From Gekko japonicus (Eukaryota): a stretch of DNA of 64,000 nucleotides. The notes beneath the pieces are model-generated. The model saw only the letters and a list, made by a program, of their open reading frames with translations. It was not told the origin of the DNA and ran no database searches. Shown here piece after piece: positions 57,718 to 64,000 of this stretch. Positions within the stretch are counted from its first letter, which is position 1, and every line of letters starts with the position of its first letter. Location of the stretch: assembly GCF_001447785.1 (NCBI RefSeq), contig NW_015163620.1, positions 580,383 through 644,382 of the forward strand, in the 5' to 3' direction. The position numbers were made by a program, and so were the translations under genes.

Positions 57718-60619
57718 ACACCCCTTAGATTGTTCATATATTTTGGTGTAAATGAAACAAGTGCTACAAAATGTTCTTCTGTGCTCCCCTTCTTCCTCCC
57801 TCTGTCATGTAGCCTGTGATATCTTATTTACATTACACTTGATAATAGCCTCCTCAGTGTCTTTATCTACAGCCAATGAAAGCCATAAAGTTAGCGTTGA
57901 AGAAGATGCCTCATCTAAAATCTTTACCGACTGATATCTCCCACTGCAAGGCTTTAGAACAACACTTTAAAGTTGAGGATACAGAAACAGATAGAAAGAA
58001 ATATGACTGATTATATATAGCTGCTCAGGCTCACTTATAGCAAAGTACATGGTTTTATTCTTACACATGAAAGATGAAAAGCACCAATCACTAGTAGATT
58101 TCTCTAATTAAAATGCTAACAACAACTTGGTTGGAATTGGTTCAGTTAGGAGACAAGCATATTGTAAGTTCCCACAGAACAAAGATTCAGCATAAAATAT
58201 CTTTTGGGCTGAACACTCTGTTAACTCACGTTTGAAGTAAGCAGCAAATAAAATTTCTACTTTGAAAAACAAAACAAAACTTAAGAATGAATAGAGTACA
58301 GATAAATGACCCCTTTGCAAATTCAGTGCTTTCCTCTACACATTGCCACTAATTGACAAGTATGTAGACTTCCTTATTTTTATTTTATTTTTTGGGGTAG
58401 TGAAGGGGAATAAAAGGATTCAAGTTGGCTCGGGTCCCATTACCACAACGTTGCTGGAGCGCAGCCATCTGTCACAGCTGCTGCTCGCATTAACTGCCAC
58501 TCTAATTGACAATGAACCCAGAGACCTGTAATAATTGTGGCTGCTCTGTGACTTCAGCAGGTAATGCCTCCCTTTTAGCATCCATCAAGCCCCATCTGTG
58601 CCCCAGCTCTGCCTTTCTCCCAAGACACTGAGTCCCATCAATGCTATCTCTGATTCTAGACTGGGAGGGACCATTTCATGAGGGAGACTTTAGGAAAGGA
58701 AACCCCAGGGGGAGAAGAACCAGTGGTACGAGCCAAGCAGCTCCCAGACTTGTTGTCCGATTCTGTTCCCAGAGGCCAGCCTTCCCCTGCTTGGCAAGCA
58801 GCCTGCGTGTGTATCAACTGCTGAGTCACTGGAAGGCGCTTTCAAATGATATCTGCTTTCAACACCAGGCTCAGGCTCTCTTGTAAATGATTTCATTCTG
58901 TAGTCATCTCCAATCAATTGCCCTTGCTGCTACCTTATGACAAGAGCTATGCAGACATTAAAACATTAAGATACAAAATAAAATAATAATGAGATCAATT
59001 GGAGAGTGTTTGCAGTGGACAGTTCAGGGACTTCGAGTTTTAAAGCAGGAGATCTGGGGTACATGGGGGGGGGAGAGAGAGAGAGAGAGAATAAGCTGTG
59101 TGAATGGTTTGTTTATTTTCTATTTGTCTACCTTGGGGTGAATTTGGAACCTCCAAAATGCATGAGCTGTACAGATGGCATCTTCTCATAATGAGACATC
59201 ATTCTTTCTTAGCTCTTAAGTCCATACATCACTATCACAATACACAGTACTTCCCACCATTCCTTGGAACAGAGTAGTGGAATTGCTCCTGGAGTCTGCT
59301 GAAGGCAACAGTCAATTGCAGAGAGCAAGAACAGGTCTGCTGCTTGCTATGACAAGTGAGCAAGCCTCACCCAGAAATATTGGACAGTACCACCTGGTGC
59401 CCATTGAATGCAAGAAGGCTGCCATTCTTTGGGGGCAGTGCTGGATTGTGACCATGAATCTTCAGCTGCTATCCCTCAGGTCAACTAGTCAATCTCACTA
59501 TGGGTTCCTATCCTGACACCTGCTCAGAAAATAATTTCAAGCTATGCAGGGGTTCCTTTACAAACAAACACTGTAGGAGTGACTCTCCAATGCTACTATT
59601 CCACGCTGCTGGGGACCACGTGTGCATTATCACTGAGAGGTTTTCCTATCCAACCAATACTCCTCTGGGAGGGAGTTTGTCATCTAGGTGTAAAAGACAT
59701 GGCTGCAATATTTTTATGCATTCTACAGCAACAGAGACCACACCATAGGGAAGTGATTCCTACAAAGTATGCATGTAGGGCGCCCCCCCCCCCGCTGTCC
59801 TGGTTCAGCTGCAAACACTACTGAGTTTTAAACATGTTATGATCTTTCTGATGATACAAACACCAATTCCACCAAAGAACTTAGCCCTCTGGGCACAGAA
59901 GGGTCACTCAGCTGAGTCAAAGAAGAATCTAAGTAGGAGGGCTATTACATAAGGACATTCAAGTTGCAACTGACTTATGGCGACCCCAGCAAGGAACTGT
60001 CAAGGCAAGTGGGAAGCAGAGGTTGTTTGTGACTGCGAGTGCCTTTCTTTGCAGAGTCTTCAGATGTGCAAAGCAGGCAAAGTTACAAAAGCAAAAGTGA
60101 GTGTTAAGAGCATGGGTGCCAGGGGAACGGGAAGTCTGGGGTACAGATCCAATTAACGGGTCCAAGCCATGGGGGGCGCACGGGGGGGGGGGCACCAGAA
60201 GGGATCCTCGCCTAGGGTGCAAAATAAGCTGGGGCCGGCCCTGTATGCATGTAGGGAAGAGATAGCTACTGCTATACAAAACAAAGAAGTTTCCTGTCAG
60301 ATAATCAGTGAAGTCTTCATTAGTCTGTAGATGAATGGTGCTAGTTTCTTTTAAAACTTTTCAGCAATGTATTTATTGGCTGAAGTAACTTCATTAATGG
60401 ACAGAAGTGGCCCAGCTATACAAGCTTTGGTCCCATCAATACTTGCTTACTGGCCTTTGAAGATCCTTGGAAATTGTCATTAACCTAAAATGCTACAATA
60501 TGGATATTATCAGGGATAACCTACAGCAGTAAGATTATCCTGGTATTAAAAGAACTGCATTGACTGCTGGTTTGTTTTTGCAGAATTTGAATTGTTGGCT
60601 TTGATCTTTAAAACATTAT

Positions 60620-61120
60620 CTGGGCCCAGAGTACCTCCTGTACAAACCTGCCACTCATTGCATTCCTTTGTGAAAGCTGTCCTCTGGATGCTCCCACTCA
60701 CTGAGGTGGGGCAGCCAGTGACCATAGCAAGGATTTTCTCTGTGGAAGCACTGTATCTATAGAACTCCCACCCCCTTGATTTTCATCTAGTTTCTTCTCT
60801 GTCTGTACTCAGGCACCATGTGAAGACCTACAGTTTCATTCAACTTTTGATTGATTTTTTAAAATGGTGGCCTCGTTTCCCTCTGGGAGGTTCACTGTCG
60901 CTCATACTGGGTTTTGGTCTGTAATTGCTGCTGTATGCCGGGGTTTCAAGACTGAGATGCTGCTATGTACTTTTTTAATGAAATGTATGTATCATTCTGA
61001 AGTTGGAACTAGATATGCCACAATGTTGTCTTTAATTTAAATGTCTCTGTGTCATGAGCCATTATATGCTTTCCATTTTTGAAAAAATAAGCATTTGAAT
61101 TGCATAAAATAAATATAAAA
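60620..61120 (+). mobile_element. Old L2 3' remnant
   Basis: Decayed L2 C-terminal signature (aggattttctctgtggaagca...gaactccc...gtgaagacc) and an A-rich end. Confidence 0.4.
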
Positions 61121-61256
61121 TACAGCCCCTTTGAAGATATTCAGATTTTATACTATTTGCTTTTATCCCTCCCTTACAACACTTGGTATGAGTAGTGGGG
61201 GGAGGGTAAACACATGAAACTGCCTCACATTGAATCAGACCATTGGGTCAGCATTG

Positions 61257-61927
61257 ACATAAGAACATAAGAACATAAGAGATGCCAATGTTGGATCAAG
61301 CCAAAGGCCCATCCAGTCCAACACTCTGTATCACACAGTGGCCAGAAATACCAGTGCCCATCAGGAGGCATTCTGGGGGAGAAATTTCAGATTGAAAAAT
61401 GCACCACTCCGCACAAGTAACAGCTGAATTATAGCTACCCGGTGGGGTTTTCAGGGCAAAGGACCGCTTCAGAGTGTTAATCACTCTTTGGGTGAAGAAG
61501 TCCTTCCTTTTATCTGTTCTAACCCGACCGCTCAGCAATTTCATGGAGTGCCCACGGGTTCTTGTATTGTGAGAAAGGGAGAAAAGTACCTCTTTCTCTA
61601 CCTGCTCTTTCCCATGCATAATCTTATAAACCTCAATCATGTCACCCCTCAGTCGTCGTTTCTCCAAGCTAAAGAGCCCTAAGCGCCTTAACCTTTCCTC
61701 ATAGGGAAAGTGTTCCAACCCTTTTATCATTCGAGTTGCCCTTTTCTGCACTTTTTCCAAAGCGATACTATCCTTTTTAAGGTGTGGTGACCAGAATTGC
61801 ACACAGTATTCCAAATGAGGTCGCAGCATTGATTTATATAGGGGCATTATGATATTGGCTGATCTGTTTTCAATACCCTTCCTAATAATCCCCAGCACAG
61901 CATTGGCCTTCTTTATTGCAGCCACAA
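61257..61927 (-). mobile_element. 5'-truncated CR1 LINE inserted into a tRNA-SINE
   Basis: KKANAVLG...LYKSMLRPHLEYCVQFWSP...LEKVQKRATRM...RLRGDMIEVYK; (ttcttatg)n tail; 11-bp TSD ggtcagcattg (61246-61256, 61928-61938). Confidence 0.92.
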
Positions 61928-63289
61928 GGTCAGCATTGTCTCCTCTGACAATCAGCAGCTCTCCAGGATTTCAGGCTGAGTTCTTCACATTAGCTATTCT
62001 CTGATCCTTTTAGCTGAGGATGGAAACTGGGGACCTTCTGTACACAACACAATCACAGCCCCTCCCAAATAGACTTGTCCCATGGGGAAAATTGGTAAGA
62101 TTTACCAATGGCAAATGTTTAGTGTCTTATTTAAATAATCACATGCAACAAAAAGCAAATCCTCCAAATTATGGTTTCTGTTAGGTTTGAAGGATTCAGA
62201 GGGACACTGAACATCAAACTGTACACATGAATGATTACAGGGGGAAAAAACCCGAATGGCTGAATTCCACTTGCAAATTACAGAGCCCTTTGCACAAGGA
62301 TTAAATTTTTAAAAACATCAAAGCAATTTTGAATATCAGATGTGCCTGCCATCCAAATGCCAGCTCTCATTTGAGATCAGAATCTCAATAGGATTAGCAG
62401 AAAATCTCAATAATATTGATTTAGAAATCTGAACATAGTCCTGTAAAAGAGACCTCAAAAGGTCAAGTGCAATAACACATATATTATCATCATTTCAAAC
62501 TCATTCATAGAAGCTGTGTAATTGTTCAGTTTTTGTGTAATTGAAGACCTTTTTCACGACATTTGGACAATATTTCTGTTCCATAGTTTTTGAAACATCA
62601 TGGTGGCACTTGCAATGCAATCCTGAGAAGAGCTGCACCTTTCTAAATTCATCAACATCAATATACCTAGAAGTGTGAAACTCTGTTTAGGTTTGCAGCA
62701 GTGAAATGGTGGCCTCATTGTCTGTCCATTTCTTATAAAAGGGGTCGGTGATTCTGGTTGTGATATTACTATAACCATTTGTTTTATCAGGTACACATGG
62801 GTAATAAAAACAATCACACACCCTAGGCTTCTAACTTCATTTTTTAAACTTTTGATTTATAAAAAGTCTACTAGTGATAGAAGAAGATTACTGTCTGTAC
62901 TAAGTAGATTCTGTGATCACTATCTTAAGAACACTTCATGTCTTTCCGGCATTCCAAATACAGCTTTGAATGCAATTAGAATAATGTAAATAGGCATGCA
63001 GTCACATTTCCGCAGTCAAAACAATTTGATGCTATCTTTTTTACACAGACTTAAGGGTACTCCCAGCGTCTGCAAGCCAATCCAAAGGAAACCATTTAAG
63101 TAGAAACAAATTTCTTGCTGCAAATGCATTGCAGATAGTTTTTCAGGAAGAAATAAAATCTATTAACTTTCAGTTCATTAGTAATAATTACCCATGGCAG
63201 AGTGTAAAGGAAAGAAACATAGAATAAACAGAGCCAGGAAAAAAAGAGGTACAGAAAAGGTGTGTTACAGATTCTTGTAATTACATTTT

Positions 63290-63492
63290 GTCCTATCCCT
63301 CATCTAGGAGTTCAGGATAGTGCTCATGGCTCTCACATCCATCATTTTTTTTATTACAACAGCTGTGAGGTAGGCTAGGCTGAGAGGAATGGTTAGACCA
63401 AGGTCACCCAGTTAGCTTCATCCTTGAGTGGGCATTTGAATCCAGGTCTCCTCAGTCCAAGTATGGCACTCAAATCATTACACCACACTGTG
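63290..63492 (-). mobile_element. Old tRNA-derived SINE (Squam3/MIR-like)
   Basis: Minus strand cagtgtggtgtaatg...ggattcaaatgcccactc...tgggtgaccttgg; related to 6978, 21020-21230 and 41010. Confidence 0.55.
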
Positions 63493-64000
63493 TTCACAAA
63501 CTATGCCCTGAGAAAGTGTTACACAGCTATATGACATAGTAATCTTTAGTTCTCCAATTAACGGTATACTGAAGGTCAGGAGCAGATTTTGATGAGGCTG
63601 AGATTTTACACAAATGAGTTGGTGCAATGGAATATGACACTTTGGCATAATAATGTTTCTGAATCTGTAAGCCAGGAGTGTCCAAGCATTTTAGTAAGTA
63701 ATTCCTGATGTTGCAAAATTGCCACTCCCCCTCTCAGTAAAAGTGTAATGCTCTAATATTTCTTCTTACCTGATGGCATGTTGTGTCTGAAAATAGGGGA
63801 AGTGATAAGAAAGGAGTACCTTTAACCAAGGAACATAACAAAATTCAGGGAGAGAATTCTAGGAGTAAGTTGGTTGACACACTAAGCTTTCCCCAGAACA
63901 GTCAACAGAAGAGAAGCAAGGATAGGTGTGTAAATCTCTTACAGGAACTAAAGAAGGCCAAGGTGTGGTTAAATAGCTTATCCCAGATCTATAGCTATAT

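Noticed and set aside
62450-62830. Possible pseudogene or endogenous viral fragment
   Set aside because: The translations have stops or no motif I can assign; needs BLASTX.

Overview
Repeat-dense vertebrate genomic DNA from a draft assembly with five N-gaps. It is almost certainly squamate and probably gecko, judging by Sauria SINEs, a BovB tail, Squam3-like SINEs and many hAT/Harbinger MITEs. I could not recognise any host protein-coding gene, so the window looks intronic or intergenic, with a few repeat-free stretches that may be conserved enhancers. All convincing coding sequence is transposon-derived: (1) a young L1 at 46186-49962+ that appears heterozygous, because the empty site is assembled after the gap; (2) a 5'-inverted, twin-primed L1 at 23713-25944; (3) two ORF1-only 'half-L1' (HAL1-like) elements, one complete with target-site duplications (54499-56161) and one whose ORF1 carries an in-frame CR1 ORF2 peptide (3-590); (4) two Penelope-like elements with minimal hammerhead ribozyme motifs; (5) CR1 and L2 fragments. 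Other structural oddities are a 76-bp BovB tail flanked by a ~440-bp direct duplication, a fold-back element with a 9-bp TSD, and a 2.18-kb tandem duplication with mosaic divergence. The best candidate for an under-described system is the ORF1-only retroelement family that appears to be mobilised by L1 in trans. All alignments and counts were done by eye.
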